From a bacterium (GTDB lineage: Bacteria > JADJOY01): a stretch of 48,240 bases of DNA. A model generated the notes under the pieces. That model saw nothing but the letters and a program-made list of their open reading frames with translations. It had not been told where the DNA came from and did no database searches. Of the stretch, positions 39,068-48,240 are shown in pieces. The stretch is taken from assembly GCA_046331705.1 (NCBI GenBank), contig JAXLQJ010000012.1, forward strand, positions 124,001 to 172,240. The letters are read 5' to 3'. Position numbers and translations under genes: made by a program. Positions within the stretch are counted from its first letter, which is position 1. Each line of letters starts with the position of its first letter.

Positions 39068-40504
39068 ATGGAGATGGCTTTCGAGCTCGCAAACGGGGAC
39101 GGCCGTCCGCAGGCCGTGATCAAGGTGGTCGGAGTGGGCGGCGGCGGTGGCAACGCGATCAACAACATGATCGCGCAGGGCCTCGCCGGCGTGGACTTCG
39201 TGGCGATCAACACCGACGCGCAGGCGCTCAAGCTGTCGCACGCTTCCACGCGTGTGGCGATCGGCGGCCGGCTCACCAAGAACATGGGGGCTGGCTCCAA
39301 TCCGGACGTGGGGCGCGCCGCCGCCGAGGAAGACTGCGACGAGATCCGCGAGGCGCTGCAAGGCTGCGACATGGTGTTCATCACCGCCGGGCTGGGCGGC
39401 GGCACCGGCACCGGCGCAGCACCGATCGTCGCGCAATGCGCGCGTGACGTGGGCGCGCTCACGGTCGGCGTCGTGACGAAGCCCTTCCTCTTCGAGGGAC
39501 CGAAGCGGCGCAAGATCGCGGATCACGGGCTCAAGGAGCTCAAGCGCTGCGTCGACACCGTCATCACCATCCCGAACCAGCGCCTCGTGACGCTGGCGGG
39601 CGACGAGCTCGAGCTCCTCGACGCGTTCCGAATGGTGGACGACGTGCTCTACCAGGCGGTCAAGGGCATCGCCGACGTGATCACGGAAGTGGGCTACGTG
39701 AACGTCGACTTCCAGGACGTGCGCACCATCATGAGCGAGAAGGGCATGGCGCTCATGGGCAGCGGCATCGCCGACGGTCCCGACCGCGCCGCGCGCGCGG
39801 CGCGCGCCGCCATCGAGAACCCGCTCCTCGAGGACGTCGACATGCACGGCGCCCGCGGCGTGCTGGTGAACATCACCACGTCGGGCGCGGTGAAGCTCGC
39901 CGAGGTGAACGCGGCGTGCAGCATCATCCAGGAGTCGTCGCACGAGGACGCGACCGTCATCTGGGGTCAGGTGATCGATCCGTCGATGGAAGGGCGGATG
40001 CGCGTCACCGTGCTGGCCACCGGCTGCGGCCAGGACGAGATGGAAGAGCTGGTGGCCCGCGACGGCCGCGACAGCCGTCCCATGGCGACCGCCGTGGTCA
40101 CCTCGATGCGCACCGCGCCTCGCCCGGAAGTGCCGGCGGCACGCGAGCGCGAACGCGACGTCGAGCCGCCCAAGCCCGCCGCGCGTCCGCTGCGTCCGCT
40201 CCCCAGCGAGCCGCGCAGCTTCGCGAGCGAGCCGGAGACCGTGCGCGTGCAGGTGCCGCGTCCCGAGCGCAAGCCCGAGACCGACCGTTCGCGCTCTTGG
40301 CTCTCGGCGCCCGGCGCGAGCGGCGGTGGCGAGCGACCGGTCTCGGCGAGCGGCCGGATCTACGACCGCGCCCAGGCCTTCTACGAGGACGGCCGGCCCG
40401 GATTCGACTCGATCTCGCTCGACCAGCTCAACGGATTCTACGGCGAAGACGAAGACCCCATGGACACGCCGCCCTGGGCGCGTCCCCCCTCGAAGCACAC
40501 CTGA
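39068..40504 (+). CDS. ftsZ: Cell division protein FtsZ
   Basis: IKVVGVGGGGGNA, NTDAQAL, GGGTGTG, PF.FEG, NVDF.DV, VTVLATG; long C-terminal linker. Confidence 0.97.
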   Translation: MEMAFELANGDGRPQAVIKVVGVGGGGGNAINNMIAQGLAGVDFVAINTDAQALKLSHASTRVAIGGRLTKNMGAGSNPDVGRAAAEEDCDEIREALQGCDMVFITAGLGGGTGTGAAPIVAQCARDVGALTVGVVTKPFLFEGPKRRKIADHGLKELKRCVDTVITIPNQRLVTLAGDELELLDAFRMVDDVLYQAVKGIADVITEVGYVNVDFQDVRTIMSEKGMALMGSGIADGPDRAARAARAAIENPLLEDVDMHGARGVLVNITTSGAVKLAEVNAACSIIQESSHEDATVIWGQVIDPSMEGRMRVTVLATGCGQDEMEELVARDGRDSRPMATAVVTSMRTAPRPEVPAARERERDVEPPKPAARPLRPLPSEPRSFASEPETVRVQVPRPERKPETDRSRSWLSAPGASGGGERPVSASGRIYDRAQAFYEDGRPGFDSISLDQLNGFYGEDEDPMDTPPWARPPSKHT

Positions 40505-40541
40505 GCCGAACGCAGTCACTCGTCCGCTTCTTCTCCTCCCC

Positions 40542-40589
40542 GCTTCCGTCCCCTGGTGCGCCTCGCCCCGGCCACCAGGGGGCGGAAGC
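40542..40589 (+). terminator. Stem-loop ending the dcw operon
   Basis: 17-bp stem GCTTCCGTCCCCTGGTG / CACCAGGGGGCGGAAGC (one G-U), about 40 nt after the ftsZ stop. Confidence 0.55.
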
Positions 40590-40743
40590 CCTTGCCCAGC
40601 GCCGATCCGATCAGGGTGGTTTTGACGCCCCGGCGCCAAGGCGCGTCCTCTGGTGCCAGAGCCTGACGCGATCGCCTCGCACGTCGAGGCGTCGCTGCCT
40701 TGAAATCATTGCTGTTTTGGGCAGGCGCACGGTGCGCCGGCGC

Positions 40744-40760
40744 CGGGCATGACCCTTGCT
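40744..40760 (+). promoter_or_regulatory. Putative sigma54 (-24/-12) promoter
   Basis: CGGGCATGACCCTTGCT = GG-N10-GC with TTGCT. Preceded by AT-rich TTGAAATCATTG and an inverted repeat at 40622-40639. Confidence 0.55.
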
Positions 40761-40850
40761 CAAGCCAGGATCGACGCAACGGAGCTGCTGAGACCGATCA
40801 GTGGAGGATCCAACCATCACTCACGAACGACGCGAGCGATCGAGGCGACC

Positions 40851-41093
40851 ATGAACCGCGACGATGCAATCGATACCCAGGAGCTCGAGCAAATCCTGCG
40901 CGAGACCCGGACGCCACTCGAGGCGAGTCGCGAGCTCCACTACCGGCCGCCGAAGTCGCAGCGTCCGGCCCAGTCGCGACCTTCGGTGCTGTGCCCCGGG
41001 CGCGACGTGATGGCCGCCGCCGAGATGTTCGGAGCGTGCCTGGCGGTGCTCGCGAGCGGCCGCATACCGGTCGTCGAAGAGCCCGAGTGCTGA
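40851..41093 (+). CDS. Small hypothetical protein (80 aa)
   Basis: GAGG RBS before ATG; bracketed by a sigma54-like promoter and an intrinsic terminator; GC3-rich codons. Confidence 0.6.
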   Translation: MNRDDAIDTQELEQILRETRTPLEASRELHYRPPKSQRPAQSRPSVLCPGRDVMAAAEMFGACLAVLASGRIPVVEEPEC

Positions 41094-41141
41094 GGCGCCG
41101 CGCGTCAACCTTCCCTTAGGCCCCTTTCTCGTCTCGCCCCC

Positions 41142-41199
41142 GGCGGGAGGGCACGGTCGCTCGTCGCCACCGTTCCCTCCCGCCACCCCTGTTTTTTTT
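41142..41199 (+). terminator. Intrinsic terminator
   Basis: GGCGGGAGGGCACGGT...ACCGTTCCCTCCCGCC hairpin followed shortly by T8 (41192-41199). Confidence 0.7.
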
Positions 41200-41700
41200 G
41201 CGGGGGGTTGTTCCAACCCCCCGCCCTACGCGGCAAAGCCGCGTAGGGTCCCACCCCCGAGTCGCCTCGCTTCGCTCGTCGGCTCGCCTACTGGCTCGCG
41301 GAGAGATGGACGGCGCGCGTGGAGACCGGTGCGCCGGGCCGATCGGTTCCTCGACGGCCCGCTGAGCGCTGCGCGCTCGTGGGCGTTCCACGCCCGCCGT
41401 CAATCGCGGCAAAGCCGCGTAGGGTCCCGCCCCCGAGTCGCCTCGCTTCGCACGTCGGCTCGCCTACCGGCTCGCGGAGAGATGGACGGCGAGCGTGGAG
41501 ACCGGTGCGCCGCTGGATCGTCGCGGGCGTGGTCGTGGGCTTTCCACGCCGCCGTCTGCGGCGAAGCCGCGTAGGGTCCCACTCGAGTCGCTTCGCTTCG
41601 CTGCGGCTCGCCTACCGGCTCGCGGAGAGATGGACGGCGAGCGTGGAGACCGGTGCGCGGATCGGCTGCAGGGCCGTCGGGTCCCTCGACGGCTTCGCTG
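41200..41700. repeat. Array of three ~105-nt structured palindromic repeats (GTAG-REP/BIME-like)
   Basis: Cores at 41229-41334, 41405-41510 and about 41558-41658. Copies 1 and 2 differ by 4 substitutions. Each has GTAG...CTAC and internal hairpins. Preceded by a perfect 11-bp hairpin at 41200-41224. Confidence 0.85.
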
Positions 41701-41819
41701 ACGCGATTGTGCGGTCGTAGTCTCTTCGAGTCCCCCGCCCGTCTCGGGCGCAGGTGGGGTTACGTTCTCGCGTGGCGAGAGCTGTCACGCCGCCGTTGCA
41801 CGTGCGATGGTGGATCGCG

Positions 41820-42200
41820 ATGGCGAGCGACGCGAGAACCGAGACCGTCACCGTGTACCGCCCGACCGGTCCCGAAGAGATGGCGCTGGTTCGCGAGAGC
41901 GGCTTCCGGCGCTGGCCGCCGCGGCTTCGCGAACAACCGATTTTCTATCCGGTGACCAACGAGGCCTACGCCGTGGAGATCGCCACGAAGTGGAACGTGC
42001 GTGATTCCGGCATCGGTTACGTCACGAGGTTCCGCGTGACGAAGACCTTCATGGACCGATACGACATCCATCAGGTCGGCGCGTCGCATCACACCGAGTG
42101 GTGGATCCCCGCCGAAGATCTCGACGAGCTGAACGCGAACATCGTCGGCGAGATCGAGGTCCTCGGCGAGTACCGCGGCACACCACCGACGCCGGCGTGA
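41820..42200 (+). CDS. Conserved small protein (family often annotated 'ADP-ribosylation/crystallin J1'); possible ADP-ribosyltransferase fold
   Basis: Recognisable family motif YRP.GPEE..L...SG...PPRL..QPIFYPV.N..YA..IA..WN...G.GYVTRF.V...H.E.WIPAE.L.E.N..IVG.IEV. Confidence 0.8.
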   Translation: MASDARTETVTVYRPTGPEEMALVRESGFRRWPPRLREQPIFYPVTNEAYAVEIATKWNVRDSGIGYVTRFRVTKTFMDRYDIHQVGASHHTEWWIPAEDLDELNANIVGEIEVLGEYRGTPPTPA

Positions 42201-42440
42201 CCGGTTTCCCGGCGCTCGACGCACGCCCCGGTGCAGCCGCCACGACGGCGCGCCGTTGCTCGTGGGGGCGGCCGCGACGCCGCCTGCAGTCCCCGGCGCG
42301 TGACGGACGGCGCGCCACGGGGGCGGCGCGGTAACGATCCGGCCTCGGTACGCAACGCCGCGGCGGCGTGCCTCGGCGCGATCTCGTCGTGTTCACGGGC
42401 AATTGCGGCCAGGGCACGATCCTTGCCGGCATGTCCGGGA

Positions 42441-45400
42441 ATGGACTCGGCGGCGGTGCCCCCAAACGGCGATCGCGAGATCCCGTTCAACTACACGTCG
42501 GCGAGCGATCGGCAGGCGGTCCTGCTGCTCGCCGGCCCGCGAATGTGGGAGCGGCTGGAAGCGTTGCGCGAGCGGCGCGTGACCGGACGCTCGGCCCGGC
42601 TCTTGATGCGGTTCTTCGGTGAGCTGCTGATTCACCGCCGCAATCCCTACCTGCACCAGGCGCTGCTCGACTCTTGGCACCGTCGGCGCTGGTTCTTCCG
42701 GGCGCTCGAATCGAGCCTGGGCGTGATCGAGCAGCACGCGGGCGGAGACACACTGGTGCTCGAAGTGCTCGCCGACTGCCGGATGCTCGCCGCATCCCTT
42801 CGCGAGGAGATCCAGTCGGCGCCGCGGCGGCGTGCGCAACTGCGCGCGGTGCTCGGCGCGATCACCGGCGTGGAAAACGTGCGCTTCGATCCGTTCACGC
42901 TCGTCAGCCACGCCACCGACGCCACCGACTGGCGGCTTCATCTGCCGCTCGCCGTCGTCACGCCGTCGGCGGAGGCGCAGGTGGCGCCGCTCTTGGTGGC
43001 GATCGCTGAGCTTGGCTTGCATGCGATCCCGCGCGGCGGGGGCACCGGGCTCACCGGCGGCGCGGTGCCGCTGCGCGCGGATTGCGTGGTGGTGAACACC
43101 GAGAAGCTCGATCGCATCCGCGGCATCGAGACCCGCGCGCTGGTCCTCGACGATGGTCGCACGGTGGCGGCGTGCGCACTGTCGCTGGAAGCCGGTGTCA
43201 TCACCGAGCGTGCCATCGAGCACGCGGCACACCACGGGATGGTGTTCGCCACCGATCCCACCAGTGCCTGGGCGTCGACCATCGGCGGCAACATCGCGGA
43301 GAACGCCGGCGGCAAGGATTGCGTGCTGTGGGGCACCTGCATCGACAACCTGCTCGAGTTCCGGATCGCCATGCCGAGCGGACGGAGCTGGACGGTGCGG
43401 CGCACCAACCACCAGCACCGCAAGATCTTGCCCGAGGACGTGGCGCGCTTCGAGGTGCTGGACGAGGACGGCGCGCGACTCCGCGCCATCGAGCTGCGCG
43501 GGACCGAGATCCGCAAGCCCGGGCTCTGGAAGGACATCACCAACAAGGCGCTGAAGGGGCTGCCCGGGCTTCAGAAGGAAGGCACCGACGGCATCGTCAC
43601 GTCGGCGGTGTTCGTCTTGTATCCCGCGTATTCGCTGACGCGCACGCTCTGCCTCGAGTTCTTCGGGCCGAGCTTCGACGAGGCGAGCGAGATCATCGTG
43701 GAGATCTCGCGGGCGATGCCGAACCGCGGCGAAGAGGCGCTGCTCGCTCTCGAGCACTTCGACGAGGAGTACGTGCGCGCCATCGGCTACCAGACCAAGG
43801 CCGCGCGCGCCGAAACCCCGCGCGCGGTGCTGGTGATCGACGTGGTCGGCCACACCGACGCGCAGGTCGAGCGGGGCGTCGCCACCCTTCGCGCGCTGCT
43901 CGCGCGCCACGTCGACACCGAGCTGTCGATCGCCGCGGACGCCGCCGAGGCCCAGCGTTACTGGGCCGACCGCAAGCGTCTCGGCGCGATCGCCAAGCGC
44001 ACCAACGCGTTCAAGATCAACGAGGACGTCGTGCTGCCGCTGGAGGCGCTCGGCGCGTTCGCGCGCTTCGTCGAGGCGTGCAACGTCGAGGAGGAGCGCC
44101 ACAGTCAGGAAACGCTGGTGGCCCGCTATGCGGCGTTGCTGACGCGCCCGGAGACCGCCGCGGACTCGCCGGGTCTCGAGCGCAAGCTGCCGGCGGCGTC
44201 GGCGCTCTGCGAGCAGGCGCGCGTCGAGCTGGGCGGCGCGGACGAGACCACCGTGCGAGCGGGCGAGGTGGTGCGTCGCCTGCGCCATCGGCTCGCCGAG
44301 CTGGTGCGCGGACATCCCGCCGTGATCGAGAAGCTCGAGACGACCACCGCGGAGGTGCGAGCGCGGCGCATCGTGCTCGCCACCCACATGCACGCCGGCG
44401 ACGGCAACGTGCACGTGAACATCCCGGTGCTCTCCAACGATCGGCCGATGCTCGACCGCGCCGATCACGTCGTTGAGAAGGTCTTCCGCCGCGTCGAGGA
44501 GCTCGGTGGCGTCGTGTCGGGCGAGCACGGCATCGGCATCACCAAGCTTCGCTACTGGGATCCGGCGCGCCGCGCCGAGCTCGACGAGCACCGCGCGCAG
44601 GTCGATCCGGGCGGGCTCATGAACCCCGGGAAGCTCGCGGATCTCGACGTGCTCGACCAGGTCTTCACGCCGTCGTTCAACTTGCTCGAGCTGGAGGCGC
44701 GCATCCTCCAGGCCGGGCGGGTCGAAGCGCTCGCCAAGGAGATCGCGACCTGCGTGCGGTGCGGCAAGTGCAAGGCCGATTGCTGCGTGTTCCACCCGGG
44801 GCGCGGCATGTTCTTCCATCCGCGCAACAAGAACCTGGCGATCGGCTCGCTCATCGAGGCGCTGCTCTACGACGCCCAGCGGCGGCGCTCCGGATCGTTC
44901 GATCTCCTCGGCCACCTCGAGGAGGTCGCCGACCATTGCACGATCTGCCACAAATGCCTGAAGCCGTGCCCCGTCGACATCGATACCGGCGAGGTGTCGG
45001 TGTTGGAGCGCGAGCTGCTCGCGGCGTGGGGCAAGAAGCATTCGCCGCTCGCGACCCGGATGACGCTTCGCTACCTCGACACGCGCTCGCCCGTGCTGGA
45101 GCGCGCCATGCGCGCCGGGCTGGTCGAGCTCGGCGGGCGGCTGCAGCGAGCTGGGCACCGCCTGGCGGAGCCCTTCCAGCCGCGCGCGCCGCGCGCCCAC
45201 ACGTACTTGCTCGACGTGCTGCGCTCGCCGGTGCCCGCGAGCGCCGACGAGACGTTGCGCGAGGGACTCCCCACGTGCGGACCGGACCAGGTGCTGACGC
45301 TCGAGCCGGATCGGGAGGCGGCCCGAACCGTCCTCTACTTCCCGGGTTGCGGCTCCGAGCGGCTGCACGGCGCGATCGCCAAAGCCGCCATCCACGTGCT

Positions 45401-46088
45401 TCTCGAGCTCGAGACCCGCGTCATCCTCACGCCGCCGCTGCTCTGCTGCGGCTTCCCCAATCATGCCAACGCCCGCGCCGACGCCTACCGCGCCACGCTC
45501 CTCAGCAACACCATCCTGATGAGCCAGATCCGCGAGATGTTCTCGTATCTGCGCTTCGATGCGGTGGTGGTCACGTGCGGCACCTGTCGCGAGGGGCTGG
45601 ACGCGATCCAGCTCGCCGAGACGTTCGCCGCGCCGATCGTCGACGTCGCACGCTTCGCGCTCGACTGCGGATTGCGCCTCTCCGGCGAGCGCGAGGCCCT
45701 CTACCACGCGCCTTGCCACGACTCGCTCTCCGGCAAGGCCGCGCAGGTCCTGGGTGAGCTGGGGGGCTATCGACTCACGGACGTGCCGCATTGCTGCTCG
45801 GAAGCGGGAACGCTCGCGCTCTCGCGCCCCGACATCTCCGACGCGATGCTCGACCGCAAGCGCGTGGCGCTCGCGGCGGTGGTTGGCGCGCCGACCGCGC
45901 GCACCGGCGCGGCGCGCGACGTGATGCTCACCAATTGCCCGTCCTGCGTGCAGGGGTTGAGCCGCCACGCGGGGCTCGACGTCGAGCCCCGCCACGTCGC
46001 CGTGGAGCTGGCCGAACGACTGAGCGGCCCCAACTGGCGGCAACGATTCGCCGCGCGCGTCGCCCGTGCCACGGCGATCCACATCTGA
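42441..46088 (+). CDS. DUF3683-type FAD-linked oxidase / Fe-S (GlcD-GlcF-like fusion) oxidoreductase
   Basis: REIPFNYTS, PRGGGTGLTGGAVP, HMHAGDGNVH, SGEHGIG, CVRCGKCKADC, CTICHKCLKPC, cysteine-rich CCG domains. Confidence 0.9.
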   Translation: MDSAAVPPNGDREIPFNYTSASDRQAVLLLAGPRMWERLEALRERRVTGRSARLLMRFFGELLIHRRNPYLHQALLDSWHRRRWFFRALESSLGVIEQHAGGDTLVLEVLADCRMLAASLREEIQSAPRRRAQLRAVLGAITGVENVRFDPFTLVSHATDATDWRLHLPLAVVTPSAEAQVAPLLVAIAELGLHAIPRGGGTGLTGGAVPLRADCVVVNTEKLDRIRGIETRALVLDDGRTVAACALSLEAGVITERAIEHAAHHGMVFATDPTSAWASTIGGNIAENAGGKDCVLWGTCIDNLLEFRIAMPSGRSWTVRRTNHQHRKILPEDVARFEVLDEDGARLRAIELRGTEIRKPGLWKDITNKALKGLPGLQKEGTDGIVTSAVFVLYPAYSLTRTLCLEFFGPSFDEASEIIVEISRAMPNRGEEALLALEHFDEEYVRAIGYQTKAARAETPRAVLVIDVVGHTDAQVERGVATLRALLARHVDTELSIAADAAEAQRYWADRKRLGAIAKRTNAFKINEDVVLPLEALGAFARFVEACNVEEERHSQETLVARYAALLTRPETAADSPGLERKLPAASALCEQARVELGGADETTVRAGEVVRRLRHRLAELVRGHPAVIEKLETTTAEVRARRIVLATHMHAGDGNVHVNIPVLSNDRPMLDRADHVVEKVFRRVEELGGVVSGEHGIGITKLRYWDPARRAELDEHRAQVDPGGLMNPGKLADLDVLDQVFTPSFNLLELEARILQAGRVEALAKEIATCVRCGKCKADCCVFHPGRGMFFHPRNKNLAIGSLIEALLYDAQRRRSGSFDLLGHLEEVADHCTICHKCLKPCPVDIDTGEVSVLERELLAAWGKKHSPLATRMTLRYLDTRSPVLERAMRAGLVELGGRLQRAGHRLAEPFQPRAPRAHTYLLDVLRSPVPASADETLREGLPTCGPDQVLTLEPDREAARTVLYFPGCGSERLHGAIAKAAIHVLLELETRVILTPPLLCCGFPNHANARADAYRATLLSNTILMSQIREMFSYLRFDAVVVTCGTCREGLDAIQLAETFAAPIVDVARFALDCGLRLSGEREALYHAPCHDSLSGKAAQVLGELGGYRLTDVPHCCSEAGTLALSRPDISDAMLDRKRVALAAVVGAPTARTGAARDVMLTNCPSCVQGLSRHAGLDVEPRHVAVELAERLSGPNWRQRFAARVARATAIHI

Positions 46089-46539
46089 GCGTAGCGGCGC
46101 TCGCAGGGCGCACCGCCACGTCGTACGGCGTGGGCTCGCAGTCGTCGGCGGTGTGGTGTATTCAGAGGGACGGCATTCGTTCCCTGGCCGATCGATGAGC
46201 TGCGGAGGCTGGCTGACCACAGCGGATCTCCTGCGGACGCTGCGTCAGCGGAGGTGCTCGTGAATGGTGATCGGACCACCGTGGATCCCGCGAAGCTGTC
46301 GACCGTGCACGGTGTCGTCTTGCGGCAGCGCGCGCAGGAGCTTGCGGCCTCGATCCTGGTGCTGAACGCGGCCTTCTCGTCACTCACGAAGCCCAATCCC
46401 GACTCGAAGCAGCTGGTCTTCCGGGCGGCGCTGTTGGTCCTGGGCATTTCTTGGTGATTGCTGCTTCTTCGTCGCAGGCGGCGACTGCGCAAGCAGGTGT
46501 GATCGAATGCAAGGCCGGCAGCCGGGAAACCTTCCACGC

Positions 46540-47397
46540 ATGTCCGCGATGTCCACGATCGCGAGCCACCGTCGGTTCTACGCGGAGTTTCTCGTCCGGG
46601 CGTTCGGCTCGGGCGAGCAGCGGCTGATCGATGCGTTCGCCGCCATCCCCCGCGAGGACTTCGTCGGACCGGGGCCGTGGCAGGTGTGCGTTGGCTCGGA
46701 CGAGTACATCTCGACCGGCACGGACGATCCGGCGTTGCTCTACCAGGACATCCTCGTGGGCCTCGCGCCGGAGCGTCGCATCAACAACGGTCAGCCGTCG
46801 TTGCACGCACGGTCTCTGTCGGAAGCGGCGCCTGCGCTGGGCGAGCGCGTGCTGCACGTCGGTGCCGGCACCGGCTACTACACGGCGATTCTGGCGACGC
46901 TCGTCGGTGCGACGGGTCACGTCGATGCGTTCGAGATTGAGAGCGATCTCGCGGCGCGAGCGACGACGAACCTGGCTCATCTCGGCAACGTGGTCGTGCA
47001 CGGAGCTTCCGCCAGCGACGGGCTGCTCCGCGACTACGACGTGATCTACGTGAACGCAGGCACCACGCACCCGCCGCCCGCCTGGCTCGATGCGCTGCGT
47101 GTCGGTGGCCGCATGGTGTTTCCGCTCACGCCGAACGAGGGCGTGGGGATCATGTTGCGCATCACACGCCTCGCTGCGGATTCCTACGCCGCAACTGCCT
47201 TCGCCCGTGTGGCCTTCGTGCCGTGCATCGGCGCGCGAAACGAGGTGGCTGCTGTGTCGCTCGCCGCGGCGCTCGAACGCGGCTCGAACACGGACGTGCG
47301 CTCGCTGCGCCGCGAGGAACCGCCCGATCACACGGCGTGGTGCGTCGGCGACGGCTGGTGGCTGTCGTGCAGCGAACCGCGGCGCCGCGAAACGTGA
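46540..47397 (+). CDS. Protein-L-isoaspartate O-methyltransferase-like (PCMT family)
   Basis: AF..IPRE.F, GQPSLHA, VLHVGAGTGYYTA, DVIYVNAG, L..GGR.V.PL, FVPC. Confidence 0.85.
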   Translation: MSAMSTIASHRRFYAEFLVRAFGSGEQRLIDAFAAIPREDFVGPGPWQVCVGSDEYISTGTDDPALLYQDILVGLAPERRINNGQPSLHARSLSEAAPALGERVLHVGAGTGYYTAILATLVGATGHVDAFEIESDLAARATTNLAHLGNVVVHGASASDGLLRDYDVIYVNAGTTHPPPAWLDALRVGGRMVFPLTPNEGVGIMLRITRLAADSYAATAFARVAFVPCIGARNEVAAVSLAAALERGSNTDVRSLRREEPPDHTAWCVGDGWWLSCSEPRRRET

Positions 47398-47425
47398 CGT
47401 GGCTTCGTCTCGGTCCGGGAGCGCC

Positions 47426-48240
<815 letters not shown>

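Noticed and set aside
41229..41658. CRISPR array
   Set aside because: Repeats are about 105 nt, spacers are unequal, related to each other and complementary to the repeat, and no cas genes are present.
46086..46094. Selenocysteine or stop read-through at the oxidoreductase TGA
   Set aside because: An in-frame TAG follows two codons later and the protein appears complete.
42393..46220. 1275-aa minus-strand ORF and many other long alternative-frame ORFs (e.g. 23272-25593, 32405-35473, 32436-34997, 712-2772)
   Set aside because: Shadow ORFs of real high-GC genes: Arg/Ala/Gly-rich, no motifs, and fully overlapping well-supported CDSs.
46254..47397. RiPP locus (small ORF as precursor plus PCMT-like aspartimidylase)
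   Set aside because: No lasso cyclase, ATP-grasp or lanthipeptide synthetase is nearby, and the small ORF does not look like a leader-core peptide.

Overview
High-GC bacterial chromosome segment (roughly 70% GC by eye). Gene content and sigma54-type promoters suggest a deltaproteobacterial/Myxococcota-like lineage, which is inference only. The centre (21.4-40.5 kb) is a complete dcw division/cell-wall operon: mraZ-rsmH-ftsL-ftsI-murE-murF-mraY-murD-ftsW-murG-murC-murB-ddl-ftsQ-ftsA-ftsZ. The left arm holds a partial TolB-like beta-propeller gene, a secreted PBP-transpeptidase/SpoIID fusion, a YqeY protein, a TPR membrane protein, a GldA/F/G-like ABC + DUF4340 + membrane MutS-ATPase + PaaI thioesterase cluster, wecB, an M23 lipoprotein, fbaB, a methyltransferase, a PLP decarboxylase, a molybdopterin oxidoreductase and an SGNH hydrolase. 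The right arm holds a small ORF behind a sigma54-like promoter, a 3-copy highly structured GTAG-REP-like array directly upstream of a small putative ADP-ribosyltransferase-fold gene, a DUF3683-type FAD/Fe-S oxidoreductase, a PCMT-like methyltransferase and a partial CzcA/CusA. I found no tRNA, rRNA, CRISPR array, transposase or integrase. The best leads are the PBP-SpoIID fusion, the structured repeat array plus ART-like gene, two orphan small ORFs with sigma54/enhancer architecture, the membrane MutS-ATPase in a Gld-like ABC cluster, and a divergent FtsZ C-terminal peptide. All calls come from reading motifs by eye; no database searches were run.
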